From positions 1 through 51,760 of the IMG/VR virus record IMGVR_UViG_3300007074_000016: a stretch of DNA of 51,760 nt. One strand, written 5' to 3'. The position numbers were made by a program, and so were the translations under genes. Source of the DNA: a virus. Its lineage: Duplodnaviria; Caudoviricetes. Shown piece after piece: positions 19,230-27,035 of this stretch; positions within the stretch are counted from its first letter, which is position 1, and each line of letters begins with the position of its first letter. The notes below the pieces were generated by a model. That model saw only the letters and a program-made list of their open reading frames with translations, made no database searches and had not been told where the DNA came from.

Positions 19230-20636
19230 TTAATCGGATTCTAACATTTCTTCAATGTCAAGCAACCCTCCTTTTTGAAGATTTTTAACTTTATTATATG
19301 AAGGAAGTATTCTTTTATCTTTAGAACCAGGCACAATGTTATCTTTTAAAGATTCTTTTAATTGTAGAACATTGTCATACTGTCCCCCATAGTACTTAAT
19401 ACTGCCTTTGCTATCAGGAATAGCAAGATCTATTCCAAAATCTTTTGCCGTGCTGGATAGCATTTCTATTCTATTACTAAAACCTTGCACTTTTGCGATG
19501 TCTTTGCTGTTTGGAGTTCCAAAAAGTTCTTTTTGATTGCTGTTTATTAATTTTTCGAGAGCCCTGTCTTTTGCTAGCATAGTAAGCTGTATTTTTTTTC
19601 TAAGTTCTTCTGCTATTTTTTCATTTCTTTTCTTCGTTGTTAAATTTGTAGGAGCTCTAAATCTCATAGCTACATCCTTTTTATCTAAATTATCAGCTAA
19701 TCGGTAGGCATCTTCTTTACCAAGAAGATGGTGTTTTTGTAAATAATTTGGATCATTAACTTTTTCAGAAAAAAATCTTTTTATTCTAGGATTTGTAGCC
19801 AATCTTTTTATAAATTTTGATTGAGGGGTAGTTCCATAGGAGGTTCTTAATTGTTTTTTTTTACTTAGCTTTTTAATTTTTGTTAAATCATTATTATTAT
19901 AATTAATTTCACTATCTATAAAATTAAATAATTCAGGTTCATGTTTTTTCATAGTATCTTTATTGTTATTCCAAAAACTTTTTTTAAGATTTAAAGAAAG
20001 TATATCTGAAATATTATAATGATCCCTACCAGTTTGTTTTTTTCTTCCTACAAAATTTAGCATGTCCGATGTTGCTTCGTTGATTGTTTTGAATTCAGTT
20101 TCCATAATATTTTTTATCATTAAAAATCTATCGTTTGCTCCCCCTGGTTTGTAATACTCTGTGTACCTTTTCTTTGCTTCTGCAGCATCAAACTCTTTTT
20201 TGCTTCTATTTTTTTTAATCATACGCATGGCTTCTTTTGTTGCTTCAGTAAAATCTTTCGAGCCTCTAACACCACTTAGATAATTTTTTACTGTTTCAGG
20301 TTTAAGCGCACTTTTTGCTGAGGTTGTATCATAAAACTTTCTCTCACCAACTATATTTAATGCATCTACATAAAGTTTTTTAATATATTTATTAGCACCA
20401 GGGATTTTTTCATGATCCCCTCCATTTTTATAAATAATATTTAGTTCATTCTGAATAATTTTTTTGATTGCATTACTATTTTTAATAGTATTCCTTCCAG
20501 TTGTTTTTGCGTTAAAACTATCAATAACAGGTTTAATAACTTTTTCAGCTCGTTCCGCTATTTTTAAAAAATTAACATTATCTGCTATCTCTGGAATATT
20601 TTTAAGAATCCAACTTCCTAGATCTTTTCCTATCAT
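19230..20636 (-). CDS. Lys-rich hypothetical protein, possible degenerate HNH-like motif
   Basis: 468 aa; LQKHH...NL......N; C-term LQKGG. Confidence 0.55.
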   Translation of the reverse strand: MIGKDLGSWILKNIPEIADNVNFLKIAERAEKVIKPVIDSFNAKTTGRNTIKNSNAIKKIIQNELNIIYKNGGDHEKIPGANKYIKKLYVDALNIVGERKFYDTTSAKSALKPETVKNYLSGVRGSKDFTEATKEAMRMIKKNRSKKEFDAAEAKKRYTEYYKPGGANDRFLMIKNIMETEFKTINEATSDMLNFVGRKKQTGRDHYNISDILSLNLKKSFWNNNKDTMKKHEPELFNFIDSEINYNNNDLTKIKKLSKKKQLRTSYGTTPQSKFIKRLATNPRIKRFFSEKVNDPNYLQKHHLLGKEDAYRLADNLDKKDVAMRFRAPTNLTTKKRNEKIAEELRKKIQLTMLAKDRALEKLINSNQKELFGTPNSKDIAKVQGFSNRIEMLSSTAKDFGIDLAIPDSKGSIKYYGGQYDNVLQLKESLKDNIVPGSKDKRILPSYNKVKNLQKGGLLDIEEMLESD

Positions 20637-22078
20637 TAGTAATAACTCCTTGGTTCTATATACATTTTTTCATCTTGATAGTCGGAGTCTAGCTGAATAA
20701 AATTGCCTTGTCTAAACCTAAGTAAGGCTTGTGTCGTTGAGTCAACTAAATCGTCATGTTCACCGAAAGGAAAGGCTGCACATTCTTCAATCACTTCTTC
20801 TGCCCAACGGTCCTCGGTACACCAAACTTGTCCCGCTTCAAATAGTGGAGCTACAGAGTTAACACGAACGTGTTTATCATTACCCTTACTAGGTGTATAT
20901 GTAACAACGGGTATGCCAAGCTGCCGTAGCTCCTGGGTTAAAGGCATACCAGATGCTTTCGCTTCAATCAAGATTGTTTCGGGTTCCCAGTATGTATATT
21001 CTTCTAATGCTATTTTTTTTAAATCTGGAAAATCCCAACGTCCCTTTTTCATTGCTAATAATATAATGTTCCACGGTCCGTGCTCCACGGGTCTGAATAC
21101 ACCCCACGTTGTAATAGCACTAAAGTCCGCAGTTTCTTTTTTACTAAACGCAGTATCATAACTTTGTATGACGTGTGTTAAATCAGGAATCTTATCATCT
21201 GTCCAAATATTCCACCACTCTCGTTTAATAATAGAACCTTCTTCACTTGTTGGTTGTTGTTGCCATTGCGCTTGCCATTTCTGTTCGGACAACGCGGCTT
21301 TGACAGACTCTAACTCTGACAATTTCCAAAACTCTGGCCACATAGGTTTATCATTCAAGATAGCTGGAAACTCAACCACGTCCCACTGATCAGAATTTTC
21401 ATTAGATTGTGCGTTTAAAAGTTTTCCTGTAAGATCTTTTGTTGACCATCTCGTCATCACAATCACAATAGATCCACCTGGCTGTAATCTTTGTCTAGGA
21501 CCCGAGGTATACCATTCGTAAGCATTGTCCATAGCTGTTTGACTAAGAGCATCTTGTTCCGAGTGAGGATCATCAATGATCAGTAAATCCGCACCACGGC
21601 CCGTGATTGCACCACCAACACCAGCAGCAAAATATTCTCCACCTTTATTTGTAGTAAAACGACCAGCTGCTTTAGAATCTTGAGATAAACTTGCTGTAGG
21701 AAAGACATCTTTAAATTCTTGTTGGTCAAATAGATTACGTACTTTTCTACCAAAGTTATATGATAGCTCAGCTGTGTGAGTTGTTTGTATAATTTTTATT
21801 TTAGGATTCCTACCCATCATCCACGCAGGAAACAAATTAGATGCAAACTCAGACTTAGTATGTCTAGGTGGCATATTAATAATTAATCTTTTTATTTTTC
21901 CATTAGCAACATCTTCTAATTTTTGTGCATAAATTTTATGATGATTTCCTGCTATAAAATCTGGCCAAACTTTTTTTACAAAAGTAAGATAGGAAGAACG
22001 AGCCCCCTCAGCTATTTTAATTTGCATTTCCCTTAATTGATATTTAAGTAAATCCGTTGGTAATTCAGTTTTTTTCAT
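20636..22078 (-). CDS. terL: Terminase large subunit
   Basis: INMPPRHTKS (Walker A), ITGRGADLLIIDDP (Walker B), SYDTA and HDDLVDS nuclease motifs. Confidence 0.95.
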   Translation of the reverse strand: MKKTELPTDLLKYQLREMQIKIAEGARSSYLTFVKKVWPDFIAGNHHKIYAQKLEDVANGKIKRLIINMPPRHTKSEFASNLFPAWMMGRNPKIKIIQTTHTAELSYNFGRKVRNLFDQQEFKDVFPTASLSQDSKAAGRFTTNKGGEYFAAGVGGAITGRGADLLIIDDPHSEQDALSQTAMDNAYEWYTSGPRQRLQPGGSIVIVMTRWSTKDLTGKLLNAQSNENSDQWDVVEFPAILNDKPMWPEFWKLSELESVKAALSEQKWQAQWQQQPTSEEGSIIKREWWNIWTDDKIPDLTHVIQSYDTAFSKKETADFSAITTWGVFRPVEHGPWNIILLAMKKGRWDFPDLKKIALEEYTYWEPETILIEAKASGMPLTQELRQLGIPVVTYTPSKGNDKHVRVNSVAPLFEAGQVWCTEDRWAEEVIEECAAFPFGEHDDLVDSTTQALLRFRQGNFIQLDSDYQDEKMYIEPRSYY

Positions 22079-22274
22079 AAAAGTTATATCTTAGTGTCTG
22101 TTTGTGTAAAACTCAACACTAAAGGCTTCGCCTTGCGTGACGGGTGCAAAACGGGGTGTGGGGGGTAATTACCACTACATATGGTATTTGAGATAGTTTG
22201 TAAGTACCTAATGTTGATTAAGTCTTTTGGAGATGGAGTCTGCTGGATACCAGCACACCTGTGCTGTCCTGCAT

Positions 22275-22309
22275 AAAAAAAACCCCCGTGCCTCATAAAC
22301 ACGGGGGTT
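22275..22309 (-). terminator. Intrinsic terminator closing the small-gene block
   Basis: Minus strand AACCCCCGUG-loop-CACGGGGGUU-UUUUUU. Confidence 0.85.
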
Positions 22310-22406
22310 GCCTGTCTACCTAAGTAGAAACTTTTACTAGTCGGATAGTATAACTATTAACCACCCAACAAGAATTACTATGGCGCACGTGAAAAACACG
22401 TACGCC
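22275..22406 (-). ncRNA. Candidate structured RNA / 3' UTR with four hairpins
   Basis: Stems at 22382-22406, 22340-22369, 22315-22328 and 22281-22309; the G-U pairs work only on the minus strand. Confidence 0.45.
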
Positions 22407-22416
22407 CAATATAAGG

Positions 22417-22704
22417 TCATCTGTTTTGAAATTCCCTCATCTTACGTTGACCATTAGTCAACAGTTGATCTGCCCACGCCTTCACTTGGGGTGAAGCATT
22501 GGGGTTAAGGATAAGTTCCTCAACTTCACTTTCGAGCCACTTGTAAAGTGCTTTCCAGTTAAGGTGAACTGTCATCTGCTCATCTGTTAGAGGACTGTGA
22601 GCAGTAGGGTTAGTAGGTTGAGTAGTGCTTCTTGAAGCGACACCCATAGTAGAAGAGAGGACAGCGAGTCGTCTTTCTAGATCGTTTGTGTAATCGTCAG
22701 GCAT
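22417..22704 (-). CDS. Hypothetical (putative early) protein
   Basis: 95 aa, AGAAAGGA RBS, own sigma70-like promoter. Confidence 0.75.
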   Translation of the reverse strand: MPDDYTNDLERRLAVLSSTMGVASRSTTQPTNPTAHSPLTDEQMTVHLNWKALYKWLESEVEELILNPNASPQVKAWADQLLTNGQRKMREFQNR

Positions 22705-22734
22705 ATTAATTATTCCTTTCTTTATTATAAATAG

Positions 22735-22764
22735 ATCCTATCACTAATAACATGGGATTGTCAA
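22735..22764 (-). promoter_or_regulatory. Sigma70-type promoter P1 with ATCCCAT box
   Basis: TTGACA-18 nt-TAGGAT with extended TG. Confidence 0.7.
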
Positions 22765-22768
22765 ACAA

Positions 22769-22849
22769 TCATTTAAAGAAAATATATAAATAAGTTATTA
22801 TTATTACGAACCACATCAACCCTTGTATTAGTATATCGTATATTGTCAT
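22769..22849 (-). CDS. 26 aa membrane microprotein
   Basis: MTIYDILIQGLMWFVIIITYLYIFFK with AGAAAGGA RBS. Confidence 0.6.
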   Translation of the reverse strand: MTIYDILIQGLMWFVIIITYLYIFFK

Positions 22850-22972
22850 TTGTTCCTTTCTGGTAAACTCAGCCCTCCCACCCGTGCCATATATATATAT
22901 ACTTATACCTAGTACGGCTTGGTTGGAACTGCAATGCAATGGAGAGTAAAGCGTTGCAGTCCCGAAGTTTAT

Positions 22973-23386
22973 TTATATTGCTAGTTTAAAGTCAACGATA
23001 CTACCGACTGACATATCATCTCTTGAACTCTTGACGATCTTGTCAGACATAGGCATTGCTTGTATCTGCTTGTAAGAAGTTGGAACTTTGCAATTGTGAT
23101 ATTCCAATTCGCCTAACTTCTCTTTCACCATAGCGTTATCAATCTTTGATGACTGCTTCTCTGTAATGTTAAGAGTATAGTCTTTACCGACTACTAAGTT
23201 AGATCCCTCTTGTACACCCATTTCAATCAATAGGTTTCTATTAACCTTGATAAAATCCTCTAGGATTTTTTTCATGGTGAGCGCACGACCATAGGCGTCA
23301 ATGATAGCCTTCTGATCTTTTGTTGAAATCTTACCACCTTGATAGGCTTTAGATAAGACCTCTAGTATATTAACAGGTTTTGACAT
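22973..23386 (-). CDS. Hypothetical (putative early) protein
   Basis: 137 aa, AGAAAGGA RBS, promoter P2. Confidence 0.8.
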   Translation of the reverse strand: MSKPVNILEVLSKAYQGGKISTKDQKAIIDAYGRALTMKKILEDFIKVNRNLLIEMGVQEGSNLVVGKDYTLNITEKQSSKIDNAMVKEKLGELEYHNCKVPTSYKQIQAMPMSDKIVKSSRDDMSVGSIVDFKLAI

Positions 23387-23423
23387 TATAGTTTTCCTTT
23401 CTGTACTTTCTGTTGTTATATAT

Positions 23424-23451
23424 AAGATAGTCCCATTTTTTTATATGTCAA
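23424..23451 (-). promoter_or_regulatory. Sigma70-type promoter P2 with inverted box (ATGGGA)
   Basis: TTGACA-16 nt-TATCTT. Confidence 0.65.
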
Positions 23452-23758
23452 CCCTTTTACTTATTTTTTTTTTAAAACAACTAATTAAGTTCACATCAAA
23501 AAAACCAGATGACTTCTTAATATATATACTACTAGTAGGCAAACCTGCCTTTCGGGGCAATGCGATGGAGAAACGATCCCATTTTAAGAGCCATAGAGAC
23601 AGGTCTTAGAATGTCCCATGTATGAATCATCATAGGTTTAAACACTCTAAACACCATTTCGCACTGGACTTACACATCAACTCCCAGCGTCTGGGGTTAA
23701 TATACATATACTACTAGGCCAGATCTTTCACGAATCGCCAATGCAATGGAGACTGTCG

Positions 23759-23896
23759 TCAGTAATACGGCACCTGCGTAAAGTCTATAGAGTCCAGCAA
23801 CCAAAAAAAAGAAAAAGCTGTAGCTGCGATCACGGGACCGGGGGCAAAATATACCGCAACCATATACACCAAGATAAGAAAACCGAGCCAATGCAT
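23759..23896 (-). CDS. 45 aa hydrophobic membrane protein
   Basis: MHWLGFLILVYMVAVYFAPGPVIAATAFSFFWLLDSIDFTQVPYY; begins 4 nt after the upstream stop. Confidence 0.6.
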   Translation of the reverse strand: MHWLGFLILVYMVAVYFAPGPVIAATAFSFFWLLDSIDFTQVPYY

Positions 23897-23900
23897 AATG

Positions 23901-24233
23901 TCAAGCCTGCTTTTTTTCTTCTTCGTCTTCAAATTCTACCATATGGTAACAATGTTCTTCAACAGCGAACCACGCCAAAAGGTTTTTTAGTTGATACATC
24001 GAGCCAACAAGTCCTCCTCGTAATGTAGCAAGAAATTCTAGGATAGTCAGACCTTGACCCTCTGCAGATTCATAGACCATTGTCCAAATCTCGTCCTCGT
24101 GTGCGTCATGAAATGCAGAAGTATCAGCATAATATATAAGTTCGCTTATTATTCCGTTCACGCAACCATGCTCAACAACTTCCTTGATTTGGTCTTTGTC
24201 TAAGTTTTTTTTGATCCAATCTTTAATGTTCAT
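23901..24233 (-). CDS. Acidic putative early protein (HGC..G...LIYY.DT type; possible DNA mimic)
   Basis: 110 aa, Asp/Glu-rich, AAGGAG RBS, near-consensus promoter P3. Confidence 0.75.
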   Translation of the reverse strand: MNIKDWIKKNLDKDQIKEVVEHGCVNGIISELIYYADTSAFHDAHEDEIWTMVYESAEGQGLTILEFLATLRGGLVGSMYQLKNLLAWFAVEEHCYHMVEFEDEEEKKQA

Positions 24234-24254
24234 TTTTTATTTCTCCTTACTAAT

Positions 24255-24283
24255 AATATAGTGGGATATAGTGGGATTGTCAA
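24255..24283 (-). promoter_or_regulatory. Sigma70-type promoter P3 with tandem ATCCCACTAT
   Basis: TTGACA-ATCCCACTATATCCCAC(17)-TATATT. Confidence 0.85.
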
Positions 24284-24571
24284 GAGGTAAAGTGAAAAAA
24301 AATAAAAAAAGATTGGCACTTATATAATAGGAGCAAAAATAGATTGACCGAAGCTCCCAGCTCCCCCGGGGGCTTGTTTACTATACTAGTAGGTACGAGT
24401 GCTTGGGGGTTGGCAATGCAATGGAGATCAACCAGCACATCTCCCAGCGTCCTGCCGGGCTCATATTTAATAACACTATACTAGTAATGGTGCGAGGGTT
24501 CGGGCAATGGGCAATGGAGAGTTACCAGCACATCCAGATGCGTCCTGGAGAAGACGGAACTATCCCACTTA

Positions 24572-24985
24572 TTACGTGATGGTGGGAGGTTCAGGCAATG
24601 GAGAATGGAGAAGGATCTCCTGCACCAGCTTCCAGGGAGCTCTGGCTAGTTCAAACGACCATTTAGGCTCGGTTTTTGCTCCTTCGCCCGCAATGGAGTG
24701 AACCAAGGAACCAGAAAAGATATGGAGTAAGCCCTGAGAGGGGGCCTTGGCCATAATGAAGGATCTTCCACCGCATAAACTGTGCTTATAATTCCACATG
24801 ATTTGATGAGGTCTTAAATTTACTTTGTTACTCTTTATTACTTTAAGTTCCACCCAAAAAGGAATTCCGTCTTTGATACCATAAACATCAGGAACGCCAG
24901 GCATAGCCCAATTTTCTTGTCGTGTCCAAAAGATATCAGGACAATTTTCCTTTAAATCTTTCCAAAACTTACTCTCAGGTTTCAC
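24572..24985 (-). CDS. PD-(D/E)xK nuclease (Holliday junction resolvase / VRR-NUC-like)
   Basis: GTG start (KPESKFW) overlapping the upstream TGA; GVPDV, FWVELK, LRPHQ..W motifs. Confidence 0.8.
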   Translation of the reverse strand: MKPESKFWKDLKENCPDIFWTRQENWAMPGVPDVYGIKDGIPFWVELKVIKSNKVNLRPHQIMWNYKHSLCGGRSFIMAKAPSQGLLHIFSGSLVHSIAGEGAKTEPKWSFELARAPWKLVQEILLHSPLPEPPTIT

Positions 24986-25152
24986 TGAAAAAACCAAGCT
25001 ATTGCATACAAAACTGCTAAAATAACTACAAGCCCTTTAAGCCCACCAAACAATAAAAACATAGGCAAAACTTCTGCCCATGGTATGATCACCCTAGAAT
25101 CAATTTCTTTCATTGAAACATCTAAAGGAATAGACTGTCTAGGTTTTTCCAT
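24982..25152 (-). CDS. 56 aa membrane protein
   Basis: MEKPRQSIPL...LPMFLLFGGLKGLVVILAVLYAIAWFFQ; GGAGG RBS. Confidence 0.7.
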   Translation of the reverse strand: MEKPRQSIPLDVSMKEIDSRVIIPWAEVLPMFLLFGGLKGLVVILAVLYAIAWFFQ

Positions 25153-25174
25153 TAGTGTCCTCCGTTTCTATCAC

Positions 25175-25351
25175 TCATTTTTTATGCTTCTTTCTTTGGT
25201 TAACAGACCAATCTATATAGTCTCTGATTTCCTTTTTAGTAGAGGGTGTGTATCTCAATTCTGTAATAGCCCTAACTTTCTTTTTAACATTTTCCATTTC
25301 CATTTGTAAATCTGCAATGGCTTTTTCTATCTTGGTTTCAAAATTACTCAT
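25175..25351 (-). CDS. 58 aa hypothetical protein
   Basis: MSNFETKIEKAIADLQMEMENVKKKVRAITELRY...; overlaps the upstream stop. Confidence 0.65.
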   Translation of the reverse strand: MSNFETKIEKAIADLQMEMENVKKKVRAITELRYTPSTKKEIRDYIDWSVNQRKKHKK

Positions 25352-25499
25352 TTGATAATCCTTTTATTGGTATGCTACGATCTCGGGCAGACCAACCTAT
25401 AATGCCTCTGTTGGCGTCTCCTTTAATATGTAACCAGACTAACTTATTAGATTGATTAATATTATAATATCCAAATAGTTTTAATAAAAACTGTGTCAT
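25344..25499 (-). CDS. 51 aa hypothetical protein
   Basis: Start moved to MTQFLL (AAAGGAAG RBS); the track start lies inside promoter P4. Confidence 0.6.
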   Translation of the reverse strand: MTQFLLKLFGYYNINQSNKLVWLHIKGDANRGIIGWSARDRSIPIKGLSNE

Positions 25500-25528
25500 A
25501 TTTCTTCCTTTCTTTTTAATCTTTCTAA

Positions 25529-25557
25529 ACTTTACTCCCATACTATTACATAGTCAA
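25529..25557 (-). promoter_or_regulatory. Sigma70-type promoter P4 with ATGGGA box
   Basis: TTGACT-17 nt-TAAAGT. Confidence 0.6.
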
Positions 25558-25568
25558 CTAATTATTTT

Positions 25569-25805
25569 TTAACACTTCCATTTTTTTAAAGCTAAAGCTT
25601 TTCTAGTAGGTTCGCCATTAGGCTTTTTCATTGGGCCTTTTACTCCACTCATTCTAGCACAGAAACTCTTTTTTCTGTTTTTAGCCTTAGTTGTCTTAGG
25701 ATTAGGAGCGGGTGCTTGAAGATTAGAACCATCTTTATTGTTGAAGTAAGCTCTACCAGCAGCATTTAAACCCCCACTAGCGTTTTGATATTTTTTTGCA
25801 ACCAT
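25569..25805 (-). CDS. Small basic phage protein
   Basis: GGLNAAGR...RKKSFCARM...ALKKWKC. Confidence 0.75.
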   Translation of the reverse strand: MVAKKYQNASGGLNAAGRAYFNNKDGSNLQAPAPNPKTTKAKNRKKSFCARMSGVKGPMKKPNGEPTRKALALKKWKC

Positions 25806-25808
25806 TAT

Positions 25809-26336
25809 TTATTTTTTCGTTATTTGCTTCAATTCTTTAATTTCTTCATAATCAACAGTGATACTAAATTGTTCTTTTAATTGTTGTAATTTAGCCTGTA
25901 CCTCATCTCTGTTCATTGAATCAATTGTTCCAGTAAGTATTTCTTTTTTGTCAACATACAAACCAGCTATCTGACCTCTACGGGTTTCTGCAGCTACTGC
26001 CGCGTTCCAATTACCTGATTCACTTGCTTTGTCTCTAATTCTCGCCAATGTAGCCAAAGACCTATCTTGAGTACATTGATACCTTTCTACAATAGCTCTT
26101 CGTTCATGTTCTATAGCTTTTGCCACAATAGGATATCTATCAGGGTTTTGTAACTCTGATGCCCTTACAACAGCAGAGTCCCTGGCATAGCCAGCTTCAG
26201 TTGCACATTGTGTTGCAGTTTTTAATCCTTCAGAATGGACAAGAAGCAAAATAAACTTTCTTTGTTTTCCTGTTATCTTAGGATTATATAAAGAATCCGA
26301 TAAAGGTTCTGGTATTACTAAATTATTCTCTTCCAT
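25809..26336 (-). CDS. terS: Terminase small subunit
   Basis: ITGKQRKF...ATQCATEAGY..SA..RASEL HTH, then helical oligomerisation region. Confidence 0.75.
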   Translation of the reverse strand: MEENNLVIPEPLSDSLYNPKITGKQRKFILLLVHSEGLKTATQCATEAGYARDSAVVRASELQNPDRYPIVAKAIEHERRAIVERYQCTQDRSLATLARIRDKASESGNWNAAVAAETRRGQIAGLYVDKKEILTGTIDSMNRDEVQAKLQQLKEQFSITVDYEEIKELKQITKK

Positions 26337-26417
26337 AAATTACTTCTCCAATAGTAGCTTTTTACCACATAATTAAAACAAAATAAAATAAAACACTGCC
26401 TGTTATCGGTATGACTA

Positions 26418-26508
26418 GGTTACTTCTGGTTACCTCTAAATATCACTCAGGTAACCTTACTATTGTTGATATACTTAGTAAGTTACTCGGGTACCTAGGA
26501 TACCTCTA
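26418..26508. repeat. Cluster of GGTTAC-like direct/inverted hexamers (candidate origin or pac site)
   Basis: GGTTAC 26418 and 26428; GTAACC 26451; AGTTAC 26481; GGGTAC 26489; GGATAC 26498. Confidence 0.6.
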
Positions 26509-26564
26509 GTTTTGTAAAATATTTTTTATTTTATCTGACAGAATACATCTATAGAGAACCCTGT

Positions 26565-26765
26565 TTATGGAAATTGCTTAGGATCTTGGGTAACCATACT
26601 AGTAATTTTCTCTAAAATAGCTCTACCTTCTGTTATAATCATTTGCCATTCATCTTTATTGAAGGTTCTATTATATATAGGATTGTAGAATTTTACAGAT
26701 ACTTCGTCACATTTATGACAAATGGATATTTTTCTAACGGGGCTGTTTGGTAGGTTTATTGACAT
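26565..26765 (-). CDS. Hypothetical protein (CxxC)
   Basis: 66 aa, GAAAAGGA RBS. Confidence 0.65.
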   Translation of the reverse strand: MSINLPNSPVRKISICHKCDEVSVKFYNPIYNRTFNKDEWQMIITEGRAILEKITSMVTQDPKQFP

Positions 26766-26940
26766 TCCTTTTCACCTTATGTGATGGAAACAATATTACA
26801 TTGTCGGGTAGATTTTTCTTGAAGTAAATTGCATCCATTAAATCTAGTTTGGCTTGTCTCTCGTGGTTCGTGGTCTCAGATGCGAGCAACGTGTCTAACA
26901 AATCTCTTTGCGCTAACACTTCCTTATAGTCTTGGGCCAT
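26734..26940 (-). CDS. Hypothetical protein
   Basis: 68 aa, AAGGAG RBS. Confidence 0.7.
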   Translation of the reverse strand: MAQDYKEVLAQRDLLDTLLASETTNHERQAKLDLMDAIYFKKNLPDNVILFPSHKVKRNVNKPTKQPR

Positions 26941-27004
26941 ACTATCTCCTTTAATGTCCCCGTATGGACAAAATCCTTAACGGGGATCATCAATTTAAGA
27001 CTAA

Positions 27005-27033
27005 ATAATAGCCTATTATGGTTAAAAACGCAA
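27005..27033 (-). promoter_or_regulatory. Sigma70-type promoter with palindrome over -10
   Basis: TTGCGT-17 nt-TATTAT; ATAATAG-C-CTATTAT at 27005-27019. Confidence 0.65.
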
Positions 27034-27035
27034 TA

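Larger units (their letters stand above)
22875..24698. repeat. Degenerate ~80-90 bp three-box repeat family (CTCCCAG / TACTAGTA / GCAATGCAATGGAG), about 7 copies
   Basis: ATGGAG box ends at 22944, 23570, 23751, 24426, 24519, 24610 and 24698; the last four have periods 93, 91 and 88 bp. Confidence 0.85.

Noticed and set aside
22171-22186. NrdR-box-like CCACTACATATGGTAT
   Set aside because: Single imperfect copy; NrdR boxes are normally paired, and no ribonucleotide reductase gene is in the window.
22084-22302. Track ORF of 72 aa upstream of terL
   Set aside because: Starts inside the terminator hairpin, with no RBS.
23532-23657. 41 aa minus-strand ORF ending in repeat box B
   Set aside because: No clear RBS and it overlaps the repeat and TCCCAT boxes; probably non-coding.
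23697-23891. Track ORF of 64 aa
   Set aside because: TTG start, and it runs through a repeat unit; the ATG-started 45 aa membrane ORF in another frame fits better.
24350-24698. CRISPR array interpretation of the tandem repeats
   Set aside because: Repeats are degenerate and split into three boxes, the period is ~90 bp, and no cas genes are present.
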